Source: a virus (lineage: Duplodnaviria > Heunggongvirae > Uroviricota > Caudoviricetes). Taken from it: DNA of 58,026 nt. Shown one piece after another: positions 36,868 through 45,872 of the stretch. The stretch lies in IMG/VR virus record IMGVR_UViG_3300032167_000002, positions 280,286 to 338,311 of that record. One strand, 5' to 3'. Below the pieces are notes generated by a model. It worked only from the letters and a program-made list of their open reading frames with translations. It had not been told where the DNA came from and did not search any database. The translations under genes were made by a program, and so were the position numbers. Numbering within the stretch: the first letter of the stretch is position 1; the number at the start of each line of letters is the position of its first letter.

Positions 36868-37311
36868 ATGTATTCAAACTATAATTATTATCCACAGCAA
36901 CCCGTGCAACAGACCCAGCAAATCACCCAATAGCAACCAATGTACCAAGTACCGAATTACTTACGGCAGGCGCCGCCGCAAGTAAATTTAAAAGGTAGAT
37001 TAGTTAGCTCATTGGAAGAGGCCCGTGCAACCTCTATTGATTTCGATGGTTCTGTATTCTACTTCCCAGATTTGGCGAACAAACGAATCTACACAAAACA
37101 AATAAATATGGATGGCACTGCTTCACTATATGTATATGAATTAAGGGAAATGCCCGTTGAAGAAGAAAAAAGCAGCTTAGTTCCATCCGTTGAGAAATTT
37201 GTTACGCGAGAAGAGTTTGAGCGGGTCCTGGCGCAATTATTGCCCCAGAAGCCAACCGAGCCGGCCGCACCCGCCCCGCAAAAAGAGAAAGTAGAACTTT
37301 TATCATTCTAA
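36868..37311 (+). CDS. Conserved hypothetical protein with Gln/Pro-rich N-terminus (147 aa, code 15)
   Basis: GAGGAG RBS before ATG 36868. The TAG sits inside QQTQQITQ(TAG)QPM. Core VSSLEEARA..FDGSVFYFPD..IYTKQINMDGT. Confidence 0.82.
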
Positions 37312-37321
37312 GGAGGTATGA

Positions 37322-37576
37322 ATGATGTATCCAGTAGATCCCAATGTTTTAATTTCAATGATTAGGTCTGGTAAAAACCCTCAATAGTTAATGTTATCCG
37401 TGCTTTAGGGTCAGGCCTACAATAATCCCCTCGGAAGAAATCTCCTGAGTTTAGCTCAACAGGGTCGCACTGCGGAACTAGAGAAAGTAGTTCGCAATAT
37501 TTACGCTCAATAGGGCGGTTAGGATTTCGACTCTGAATTTGAAGCCTTCAAACGTGCATTAGGCTACAACAACTAA
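37322..37576 (+). CDS. Conserved hypothetical protein (84 aa, 4 TAG), absent from the ORF track; start may be 37325
   Basis: AGGAGG RBS. MMYPVDPNVLISMIRSGKNPQQLMLSVLQGQAYNNPLGRNLL...QQGGQDFDSEF, TAA at 37574-37576. Confidence 0.82.
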
Positions 37577-37596
37577 AATTTAAGGAGGAAAAAATT

Positions 37597-38304
37597 ATGT
37601 TTAATGGAAAAGGTTACAATTTATCTGACATCGCCGCTGTAACTGGCCGCAATGGTGACGGTATGTTCGGTGATAATGGCTGGTGGATCATTTTATTGTT
37701 CTTATTTGCTGGTTGGGGCCGCGGTGGATTCGGCGGCTTTGGCGGAGGCGTAGAAGGCGTTCCCGCAACCCAGGCTGATGTAAGAGCAGCTGTCGATCAG
37801 CAGACTTTGATTTCCAAATTGGATAATCAGACTTATGGCTTGGCAGATAGCACTTACGCTTTGAATAACTCTATTATGAGTGGCTTCCATGGCGTAGATA
37901 CTGCTGTTTGCACTCTTGGCTATAATATGCAGAATGGTTTCAATACTATTGCTCATCAGATTAGTGATTGTTGCTGCGAGACCGGTCGCGCAATTGAGCG
38001 TGGCTTCGCAGACACCAATTACAATTTAGCAACTCAAGCTTGCGACACTCGTCGCGCTATTGCTGATAGCACTCGTGATATTATTGATGCCAACAATGCA
38101 GGCGTACGCTCTATCTTAGACTTCTTGACTAATGATAAGATCGCTACCTTGCAGGCAGAGAATCAGGGCTTGCGCTTTGCCGCATCTCAGGCCGCACAGA
38201 ACGCTTACTTAGTAAACGAATTGCGTCCATGCCCCGTTCCCGCCTATACTGTACCTAATCCCTACTGCTGCAATACCTATTATGGTGGCTGCGGCGCATT
38301 CTGA
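37597..38304 (+). CDS. Conserved hypothetical protein: Gly-rich hydrophobic segment, coiled coil, Cys-rich tail (235 aa, no TAG)
   Basis: AGGAGG RBS. YNLSDIAAVTG..WWIILLFLFAGWG..SDCCCET..PCPVPAYTVPNPYCC..GCG. Ends in TGA. Confidence 0.88.
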   Translation: MFNGKGYNLSDIAAVTGRNGDGMFGDNGWWIILLFLFAGWGRGGFGGFGGGVEGVPATQADVRAAVDQQTLISKLDNQTYGLADSTYALNNSIMSGFHGVDTAVCTLGYNMQNGFNTIAHQISDCCCETGRAIERGFADTNYNLATQACDTRRAIADSTRDIIDANNAGVRSILDFLTNDKIATLQAENQGLRFAASQAAQNAYLVNELRPCPVPAYTVPNPYCCNTYYGGCGAF

Positions 38305-38320
38305 TAAGGAGGTCTGATTT

Positions 38321-38743
38321 ATGGAAATTATTGCTAATGCTGTATAGACTGTCCCAGCAAATCAAAATGTTTATTTCACAGACACCGTTATTTGTGGCAA
38401 TATGTCCATAGGTCATAGAGACGATTCTGGTTTGGTGACTCTTCGCGGAGTCACCAACTCCCAGTGCCGCGCTCGTTTTATGGTGACTTTTGGCGGCAAT
38501 ATTGCTGTTCCCACAGATGGAACTGTCGGCCCAATCTCTTTGGCTATTGCTATTGATGGTGAGCCCGTTCCTGCTACTACTATGATTATTACCCCCGCCG
38601 CAGTTGAACAGTTCTTCAATGTGAAGTCAAGTGTATTTATTGACGTTCCTCGCGGATGTTGCGTTAGTGTTAGCGTGAAGAATACATCTACTGACGCAGT
38701 AGTTGTTCAAAATGCGAACTTAATTGTTACTCGTGAAGCATAA
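38321..38743 (+). CDS. BclA C-terminal-domain-like beta protein (140 aa, TAG at codon 9)
   Basis: AGGAGG RBS before ATG 38321. ANAVQTVPANQNVYF..HRDDSGLVTL..VTFGGNIA..SLAIAIDGEP pattern resembles the BclA CTD / TNF-like jelly roll (recognised by eye). Confidence 0.65.
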
Positions 38744-38757
38744 GGAGGGGTGACTGT

Positions 38758-39396
38758 ATGAGCCATGAAAAATTAAAATGGATGAAAGATTCATTAATTT
38801 GTGTAGTTGAAAATCAATTATGTAACCTTAGCGAAGTAGATACCGAAGAGCTTGGAGAAGCTATTGATATGATTAAGGATTTGGAAGAAGCTATCTACTA
38901 TTGCACTGTTACTGAAGCGATGAATCATCAAGGCAAAGAAATGAAAATGAAAAATGGCGACCATCATCAGAAGCCTGAGGATGATCGCATGTATTATAGT
39001 GGTGGCTATCCTGCAATGTATGCGGATGGCGGTCGTAATCGTCGCGCAGATGGCACTTTCTATGCCGATGGTGGTCAGAATCATATGGGTGGTACCCAGA
39101 ATTACGCTGATTCTGGCGACATGAGTGGTACTAATAGTTCCAATGGTCGTAACTACTATGACGGGCCTATGTGGCGCGACGAGCGCGAAGGCCGCAGTTA
39201 CAATAGTCGCAGAATGTATATGGAAGCCAAGGAAATGAAACGAGATAAAGCTTCTCAATTACGTGAATTGGAGAAGTATATGCAGGAGTTGTCTCAAGAC
39301 ATTACTGAAATGATTGCAGATGCCTCTCCAGAAGAAAAGCAGTATCTTGAGAAGAAAATTACCGCACTGGCTTCTAAGATCGGTCAGATGAAATGA
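38758..39396 (+). CDS. Conserved hypothetical protein: acidic helices and a Tyr/Gly/Arg-rich middle (212 aa, no TAG)
   Basis: AGGAGG RBS. ELGEAIDMIKDLEEAIYY..MYYSGG..EGRSYNSRRMYME..LEKYMQELSQDITEMI. TGA overlaps the next ATG. Confidence 0.85.
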   Translation: MSHEKLKWMKDSLICVVENQLCNLSEVDTEELGEAIDMIKDLEEAIYYCTVTEAMNHQGKEMKMKNGDHHQKPEDDRMYYSGGYPAMYADGGRNRRADGTFYADGGQNHMGGTQNYADSGDMSGTNSSNGRNYYDGPMWRDEREGRSYNSRRMYMEAKEMKRDKASQLRELEKYMQELSQDITEMIADASPEEKQYLEKKITALASKIGQMK

Positions 39397-39704
39397 TTAT
39401 CAATGGAGTTGTCTGGCGAGTCCGATTGGTCTCGCCAGCACATCCTTTGTTACTAACTCCGTGGAAAACTCATGCTCTTGGAGTCTGTGATAAAGTCACT
39501 CAGACTATTTGCGTTGATAAGACCCTTTCCCCTCAACTTTTAAAAGAGGTCTTATGTCACGAAATCGTACACGCATTTATGTATAGTTACATGATTGACT
39601 TGTCCTATAGCGAGGAAGAGTTAGTGGCAGAATTGATGTCATAGTATGGAGAGGATATATTGTTAGAAACGAATGCAATTTATAATGGAATCAAAATGAA
39701 ATAA
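39393..39704 (+). CDS. Small zincin-like metallopeptidase (103 aa, one TAG)
   Basis: LCHEIVHAF (HExxH) and downstream EEE. Reads through TAG 39642-39644 to TAA 39702-39704. Confidence 0.72.
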
Positions 39705-39750
39705 AAAAAGGCTAGTTATGATTAATTTCATAACTAGCCTTTATTTTTTT
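39703..39750. terminator. Bidirectional intrinsic terminator
   Basis: A run, AAAGGCTAGTTATGA-TTAATT-TCATAACTAGCCTTT, T run, between convergent genes. Confidence 0.88.
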
Positions 39751-40331
39751 TATGATGAAGGCACCCACGATGAGCCATTCCAAACATAGGGCATTGCCTA
39801 TATCCATGATGAACCATTCCAAATATAGGGAATTGCACTAACCCAAGAAGAACCATTCCAAATACGTACAGCTCCTGCGTCGCTCACTGATCCTCCATAA
39901 TATGAAGTTCCCCAAGTACCGGCGCACAAAACAGCAGTACTCCAATTGGGTATTCTAAATGTCATTTGTACATATACAGTTGCTCCTGGATTAACTAAAA
40001 CAATATCATTAAAAGTCCATTCACATTTTTTCATATTGTCATAAGTGGAATTATAACTAATATTATTTATTGTAATTTCACTAGAGCTAACAGTTTTACC
40101 TGTACTATCCGTAATGGAAGCTGTGATATAATATGTATTACCATTACCTGTCATACCTCCATATGTGCCGCTACCAGTACTAAAATACATAAAACAACTA
40201 TTAATTTTTACTGGCTTGCCAGTGTCATTGTAATAGACAATCATTTGTCCACGAGTGGTAGAACCGGCTGCGGGAACCCAATAACTAAAATTACAACCGT
40301 GACCTTCGGTGCTTACAATAGACCATCCCAT
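39750..40331 (-). CDS. Hypothetical beta-rich protein with three C-terminal WNGSSW repeats (193 aa, code 15); possible tail-tip/receptor-binding accessory
   Basis: AGGAGG RBS. Reading through TAG 39798-39800 adds the third repeat AMPYVWNGSSWVPSS, then TAA 39750-39752. Confidence 0.8.
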
Positions 40332-40361
40332 AGATATCTTTCCTCCTTTTTCTCATTTTAT

Positions 40362-40451
40362 CTATATAGATATAAAAAATCTAAATAAATTATTATTATA
40401 TTTTGGCCTAAAATAAGAAAGAATAATAATAAAAAATTTAATATTATATAG
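40362..40451. promoter_or_regulatory. Putative back-to-back phage promoter sharing the palindrome GGCC (40405-40408)
   Basis: On both strands GGCC is followed exactly 38 nt later by TATAG (+ 40447-40451; - 40366-40362), each upstream of an RBS and a gene. Confidence 0.55.
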
Positions 40452-40494
40452 AAATATAACTCTTTTTATTTTGAGAGAAAGGAGATTTTAATAT

Positions 40495-42231
40495 ATGGGA
40501 ACTTTGAAAGTTAATGGTAGTGTAAATATTTAGGATTTACTTACTTTAAAAAGTGGCACAGATGCTTACACCACACCTTCTATTGCTTTTGGAACTGATG
40601 TACGAATTGGTTGTGGTTCAAAAAATTTTGGTATTTATTCCAGTAATAAAATTTATTTTAGACCAAACAATGGAACTTTAGGCTATTCTGATGGCATTGA
40701 ACTTTCTACTACATCGTTAATTCCTACAAAAAATAACACCGTTACATTAGGTGATTCAACGCATAAGTGGTCTAGTATATATGCAACTACATTTCATGGA
40801 AATTTAAGTGGTAATGCTGATACTGCAAGCAGATTGCTTAATAAATACAATATTAGTGGTGATAGCCATAGCTTAGCCTTAAAAGCCGCATTTGATACTT
40901 ATAAAAATTCAACCCCAAAAGATGAGTTCTTAACATATTATTCTTCAGCTTATAATAATGGTAGTATGTATATGGGATATTTTATTAGCGGATATGATTC
41001 CACTCCGTATGGAGGCTTTTATGTAGCTCATTATAATACTCCTTATTATGTTGGTATCTAGTATGGTAATTATGAACAATAGACTATATTAACTAGCTCT
41101 AATTATGCGTCTTGGTGCGCCCCTGCATCACATACACATAGCTATTTACCATTAAGCGGAGGTACATTAACTGGAGCTGCAGCGATTAATTTTCCAGCGG
41201 GGTCAGTATCTGTTTCCGCAAGCACTCCAATGTCTTTATCTTACGGAAGATTAGCTTGTTATGGTACTTTATATATTAACGCAAATACTGATAATAGTGG
41301 AGATGAATATGTCGTCATTACTGCGGGAAAGGGATTAAGTTCTTCTAATAGTGATGGTTTGGCTATCGGCTCTTCTAGCCTTACTTGGTAGGGATCTACT
41401 GTTTTAACCACCGGTAATTTTCCATCTTCAAGTTCTTTGGCTCGGTAGACAGACATGTGGATTAGTGCAGCTAGTTTGGATGTAAATACTTATTATCCAG
41501 TAGTAATTTCTTTACCAGCAAATGGTTTAAATAGAATTAAATTGGCAGTACAATTAAATAGTAGTACAAGACCTTCTTGGAGTACGCACAATAGAGGATT
41601 TACTTCTAATATTGATGTAGAAATTATTTAGGCAGGATGGGGAACAGTTAGTCCATTTAGATATTTACTTCGTCAAGATGATTATAGCTTTGCTAATGTG
41701 AAACCTGCTTATTTTGCGGGACAATTAAGTAATGCAAGTTTAGCTGTTTTTTATGTACGGGGTGGAGGATCTTATAGATTTATTTGTGACTGGGCAGATG
41801 CATCTATATCGTTGAGAACGTCATCAACAGATTATAATGGATAGACAGTGGCACCTACAACGAGCACTTCTGTATTCCATAGCGGATCTAAGTCTCATTT
41901 GTATTGTAATGTTGATTATGCTTCAGGCGCAGGTAATGCTGATACCTTGGATGGAAACCATGCTTCTGCTTTTGCATTAGCTTCTCATTCTCATTCATAT
42001 CTTCCGCTGAGTGGTGGTACAATGAGTGGAACTATTATTACCCCTGGTAATGATAGTTCTGTTATTCGACCACCTAAAAGTAATTATGATCAAATTGGAG
42101 CTTCTGACTATTTATTTTGGAAGATGTTCGCTACATACGGTTATTTTAACTATGTTGTTACAACAAATTATGGTACTAGTGCTCCAACATCAACTTCTTT
42201 ACCTGTCGGTACTATTTATTATAAAATTTAA
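40495..42231 (+). CDS. Tail fibre / receptor-binding protein (578 aa, code 15)
   Basis: AAAGGAG RBS. Fragments 40834 and 41848 joined by about 7 TAG. Motifs FHGNLSGNADTA, HTHSYLPLSGGTLTG, NADTLDGNHASAF..HSHSYLPLSGGTMSG, C-terminal YGTSAPT..GTIYYKI. Confidence 0.85.
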
Positions 42232-42245
42232 TTATAAAAAAAAAT

Positions 42246-42286
42246 AAGGGCGAGACATTGATTAATTTCAATGTCTCGCCCTTTTT
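42246..42286. terminator. Bidirectional intrinsic terminator
   Basis: AAGGGCGAGACATTGA-TTAATT-TCAATGTCTCGCCCTT flanked by A and T runs, at the + / - strand convergence. Confidence 0.88.
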
Positions 42287-42292
42287 GCTATT

Positions 42293-42733
42293 TTAGGGTC
42301 TGGGAGGTAATTGAATACATTGTTCATAATAAATCTTTGCCTATCCGTTGCCACCTAATCCGGTATATAATTTATAGAATTCATCTAATTGAGTTCTTTG
42401 CTCCATTGTAATATATCCTTGAGCCAAGAATCCTTTACATAACTGAACTAAACGGAAACGATAAGAGGCAATAATTAGATTCATATGAGATTGCTCAATA
42501 TTCTTTGCATCTCGAATATGCTTTCTGATTTCTTCCAGCTCTTCATAAATTGGTTCTAATTTGATTTCAATAGAGTTTTCAATCTCTTTCTTTTCTTTTT
42601 CAGCAGCCAAATCTTTGGCACTTTGTAATTCTTTTTTCAGTTTATCACCATGCCACTTGGCCCAGCCCATAACGGCTGCACTAATCAAAGCAAATAAGAT
42701 CTCTAAACCCCATTCTGCTAATAAAGCTTCCAT
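42293..42733 (-). CDS. Holin-like membrane protein of the LGGNG family (146 aa, one TAG)
   Basis: One N-terminal TM segment, coiled coil, and C-terminal YKLYTGLGGNG-Q(TAG)-AKIYYEQCIQLP. The holin call rests on recalled family resemblance. Confidence 0.6.
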
Positions 42734-42743
42734 AAAAAACTTT

Positions 42744-42792
42744 ATCCCCCTTTCTACTTCTCTAACGATACTAAAGAAGCAGATAGGGGGAT
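42744..42792 (-). promoter_or_regulatory. 18-bp mRNA hairpin whose 3' arm contains the RBS of the holin-like gene
   Basis: Minus strand AUCCCCCUAUCUGCUUCU ... AGAAGUAGAAAGGGGGAU (one G-U, one mismatch), ending 10 nt before the ATG at 42733. Confidence 0.65.
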
Positions 42793-42799
42793 TATCTCA

Positions 42800-43294
42800 T
42801 TAGGACCAATCGAAGACATTACTTATGTCATAGTAATACAACGCAATACAAAGTGAGTCAGCCTCGTCTTCGGTGCATTTAATTCCGTATTCTTTTAAAA
42901 CATATGCTTGTGCCATTTTCTTTTCTTGCGGACGGCCTTTTCCAGCAATCTTGAAATGAGCCTTCCATTGAATTGGCATAGCGATACTATATGGCATTTT
43001 AATTTCTGTTAATGTCTCGTGAACTACTCCGAAAGCTTCTGCTAAAATTTTAAATGTTTTAACACCTTTTTCTTTACTGCCATTTACATCTTGCAATTGA
43101 ATATCTTCAAATACAACTTCATCAATGTCATATGTATCAATTAATTCAAGCACTTTTTTTCTTAGCTGTAATAATCTATCACCAAGGTCGTCACCGATAC
43201 ATTCAAAATGACTAACCTTTACAATTTTTCCGTCATCAAGAACGGTATATCCAGTAGTGCGGGAAGATTGATCTAATGCTAAAATTTTAGCCAT
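42800..43294 (-). CDS. ruvC: RuvC-like Holliday junction resolvase (164 aa)
   Basis: MAKILALDQSSRTTGY, VVFEDI, and DEADSLCIA acidic catalytic motifs. Start moved from 43336 to 43294, overlapping the dUTPase stop. Confidence 0.82.
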   Translation of the reverse strand: MAKILALDQSSRTTGYTVLDDGKIVKVSHFECIGDDLGDRLLQLRKKVLELIDTYDIDEVVFEDIQLQDVNGSKEKGVKTFKILAEAFGVVHETLTEIKMPYSIAMPIQWKAHFKIAGKGRPQEKKMAQAYVLKEYGIKCTEDEADSLCIALYYYDISNVFDWS

Positions 43295-43826
43295 TGGTAG
43301 ATCCGAAGCCGCCGACGCGTTCACCAGAAGACACATCGTCTTCAGTTACGCCATAGGGTAAGATAATACCCTGTCCAATTGCTTCGCCTTCATGGATTTG
43401 AATATTGAAGGGAGATAGATTATAAATCTGTAAGAAAATTTCACCCTCATTATCGGGATTGTTATAATAGTCAGCATCAATAATGCCAACTCCATTAGCA
43501 AGCATAAGCCAGTATTTCAAAGGAGAAGAACTGCGTACACTCAACTGCAAGAAGGTGCCAGGATCGAGCTTACACTTCATTCCAGTAGAAACTAAAGTGG
43601 GTCTATACTTAGTCAACTTAGTAAACTCAGCCATTTGATCGAGAGTAACATACTCTTCTTCCCCGACAGTCCATACTTCCTCAGCTTCTCCAGCAAGTTG
43701 AAATACGGAAGGAATAATATAATCCTCTGCGGCGACCAGGTCATATCCTGCGGATTGACTGGTCTTGCGCACGGGCATTACGATTTCTTTGTCTGCATAA
43801 CGGGATACTTTCTCGAACTTTGCCAT
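43287..43826 (-). CDS. dut: Trimeric dUTPase (179 aa)
   Basis: All five motifs present: SAGYDL, VRSS, GIIDADY, GEAIGQG, RVGGFGST. Confidence 0.95.
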   Translation of the reverse strand: MAKFEKVSRYADKEIVMPVRKTSQSAGYDLVAAEDYIIPSVFQLAGEAEEVWTVGEEEYVTLDQMAEFTKLTKYRPTLVSTGMKCKLDPGTFLQLSVRSSSPLKYWLMLANGVGIIDADYYNNPDNEGEIFLQIYNLSPFNIQIHEGEAIGQGIILPYGVTEDDVSSGERVGGFGSTNG

Positions 43827-43830
43827 ATTC

Positions 43831-44073
43831 TTAGCCCCTCTCGTAACTCACAGTGAAGACATCTTCAGGGTCTTTCTCTGCCGTAAAAACCTTGGTGGCT
43901 TGCACGACCATATATTCCTCAATAACTTCACCCTTAGCTTTGATCTACTTCACTTTATAACTGAAGCCAACAAGATCAAATGCGGGATCGTTTAGAAGCT
44001 CTTCATGCAGGACTTCTACAGCTGCCTCATCGGGTACTCTGTAAGTATCAACAGCTTTCAATAAATATCTCAT
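43831..44073 (-). CDS. Hypothetical protein (80 aa, one TAG), absent from the ORF track
   Basis: MRYLLKAVDTYRVPDE...YKVKQIKAKGEVIEEY..; TAG at 43945-43947, TAA at 43831-43833. Fills the gap exactly. Confidence 0.75.
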
Positions 44074-44074
44074 A

Positions 44075-44344
44075 TTATTTTACCTCAATCACAATATTAT
44101 TTTTATGACTATAATTCATTTTAGAATACGCCAAAATGTCTTCTGACACCATGTGAGCGTAAGATAGATTGCCGCCTAGATGTACATTCGGAATACCGGT
44201 TTCCGCACATACCGCATTGATTACTTCTGGTAACTCTTCAATAGTAGCAATAGCAACACATTCTAAACTACCAGTTTCAGTATCATATACATAAATTTTT
44301 TGACTTAAGTCAAAAATATGTAAATCACAATATATTTTTTTCAT
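44075..44344 (-). CDS. Hypothetical protein (89 aa)
   Basis: GGAGG RBS places the start at ATG 44344 rather than TTG 44359. Confidence 0.72.
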   Translation of the reverse strand: MKKIYCDLHIFDLSQKIYVYDTETGSLECVAIATIEELPEVINAVCAETGIPNVHLGGNLSYAHMVSEDILAYSKMNYSHKNNIVIEVK

Positions 44345-44345
44345 C

Positions 44346-44804
44346 TTATCCTCCAACAACTTTTACATCATTTGCAATGGGACGTAAATAAAGTACCAAC
44401 TCTTTTTCATCTTGTTTAGAAATTAATGTAAATATAATTTCTTCGTTATTATATATAATTTCACGAACATATCCTAATTCTTCTAATGCTTTAATAACAC
44501 CATCTGCGAGAGTATTATAGTCTTTCGGATAATGTATTGCAATAGAAGTAAATATATAATAATATTTTGCATTTAAACCGGTCATAATAGAATCAGTTAA
44601 AATGTATATGGTACCATTTCGAACTTTAAAATTATTAATATTAATCTTTGCCTATTCTAATTCTTTTATATCATCTAAGAGACCTAAAATTGAACTAGTA
44701 GAACGATTAATTTCTTTATAGTGTCCAGTATTGCCAATTTCTTCAAGAGTTACTTTCTAATACTTAACACCATCGTAAGTTGTAATTGTTTTTGTTTCAG
44801 CCAC
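44346..44804 (-). CDS. Hypothetical protein (152 aa, GTG start, 2 TAG)
   Basis: Extends the 44346-44585 fragment upstream through two TAG to a GTG abutting the previous stop. Confidence 0.62.
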
Positions 44805-44806
44805 AA

Positions 44807-45301
44807 TCACTCACCAACCTGTACAATTCCCATGTCATAGGGGAATAGGTATAAGCAAGTGGGTTCATTCTCATATATAACCCAAACTTCAATAGCATCA
44901 GTAGCTTCAGTTAAATCGATCGCTTTCACTATACCAATATTTTGAATTACATCAACTACTTCACGAGCAAATGCGATATGCTCTTTAATCTTAAATACAG
45001 TGAAATAAGAAATCTCCTTACCGTAAAGCATATAATAATCATTATGCCAATCAGTGTCAAACTTTGTCAAAGTTTCAGACACTCGATCCCAGTCGGTCAA
45101 ATCGGGTAGCTGTGCAATAATTTGCTTATTCATATCGTAAAGTCCCATTTCTACACCAGAACTTTCCATTTTGAATTCATGCCAATTATCATTATGCCAG
45201 ATGTAATATTTGCCATCAGTAGCATTTTGCATAATTTCACCTTCAATGGGAATAAAATTCACTTGAGACAAATCCATCTTTTTGATTTTTTGTTTACCCA
45301 A
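44807..45301 (-). CDS. Hypothetical protein (164 aa, TTG start)
   Basis: AAGGAGG RBS, intact ORF ending in TGA. Confidence 0.75.
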   Translation of the reverse strand: MGKQKIKKMDLSQVNFIPIEGEIMQNATDGKYYIWHNDNWHEFKMESSGVEMGLYDMNKQIIAQLPDLTDWDRVSETLTKFDTDWHNDYYMLYGKEISYFTVFKIKEHIAFAREVVDVIQNIGIVKAIDLTEATDAIEVWVIYENEPTCLYLFPYDMGIVQVGE

Positions 45302-45334
45302 ATTATAACCCTCCTTTATCTCATTTATATAAAT

Positions 45335-45363
45335 ATTATATCATTTTTTTTCGGATAAGTCAA
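45335..45363 (-). promoter_or_regulatory. SigmaA-type promoter
   Basis: TTGACT, 17 bp, TG-A-TATATA, overlapping the end of nrdG. Confidence 0.65.
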
Positions 45364-45823
45364 TAATACGCTGATTTCGTGAGCCTCTCATATTCAGTGT
45401 AATATCTCGCTCTTCTTCAATATATGGACCATCAATTAAAACATCAGCTAATTCTAACGCTCCGCGCACTTGCGGATGGTTGCGATGTTGTAATTCTTCA
45501 TAGGTATATCCGCTCCATATATACACCTTGACTCCTGGCACCTTATCTTTGACCTCTTTGATGACTAAATAGGTAAGAAAGGCGTTTTCGTCACAAAGAG
45601 GCTCGCCGCCCATGATACACAGATCACGCTGGATACCTTGGGCGGTGAGGCCGGTAATAATTTGATTTAGGGTGTCAGAAGTAAATTCTTTGCCTCGACC
45701 AAACTCCCAAGTCTCTGGGTTGTGACAACCCTTACATCTGTGGGGACATCCCTGTACGAAAAAGCTCACACAAAGACCGGGGGCCGCAGTAATATCATTC
45801 AAAATGAGACCACTGTAATTCAT
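45341..45823 (-). CDS. nrdG: Anaerobic ribonucleotide reductase activating enzyme (radical SAM, 160 aa)
   Basis: FVQGCPHRCKGCHNPETW (CxxxCxxC), GGEP, DVLIDGPY, RGSRNQRII. Confidence 0.95.
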   Translation of the reverse strand: MNYSGLILNDITAAPGLCVSFFVQGCPHRCKGCHNPETWEFGRGKEFTSDTLNQIITGLTAQGIQRDLCIMGGEPLCDENAFLTYLVIKEVKDKVPGVKVYIWSGYTYEELQHRNHPQVRGALELADVLIDGPYIEEERDITLNMRGSRNQRIIDLSEKK

Positions 45824-45872
45824 ACGAACTTACTCCTTTCTAATAGCGTAGCTAATTCGTAGTTAGCTACAA

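Noticed and set aside
39750-42231. DGR or shufflon acting on the receptor-binding genes
   Set aside because: No reverse transcriptase or invertase in the window. The repeated HxHSYLPLSGG segments differ at synonymous sites of all base types, unlike an adenine-specific TR/VR pair.
42800-43336. RuvC start at 43336 as in the ORF track
   Set aside because: The first 14 residues overlap the dUTPase C-terminus. The family N-terminus (KILALD) begins at ATG 43294.
45848-45870. Short hairpin GTAGCTAATT-CGT-AGTTAGCTAC between nrdD and nrdG as a terminator
   Set aside because: No U tract on the coding strand and nrdG follows closely. At most a stabilising stem.
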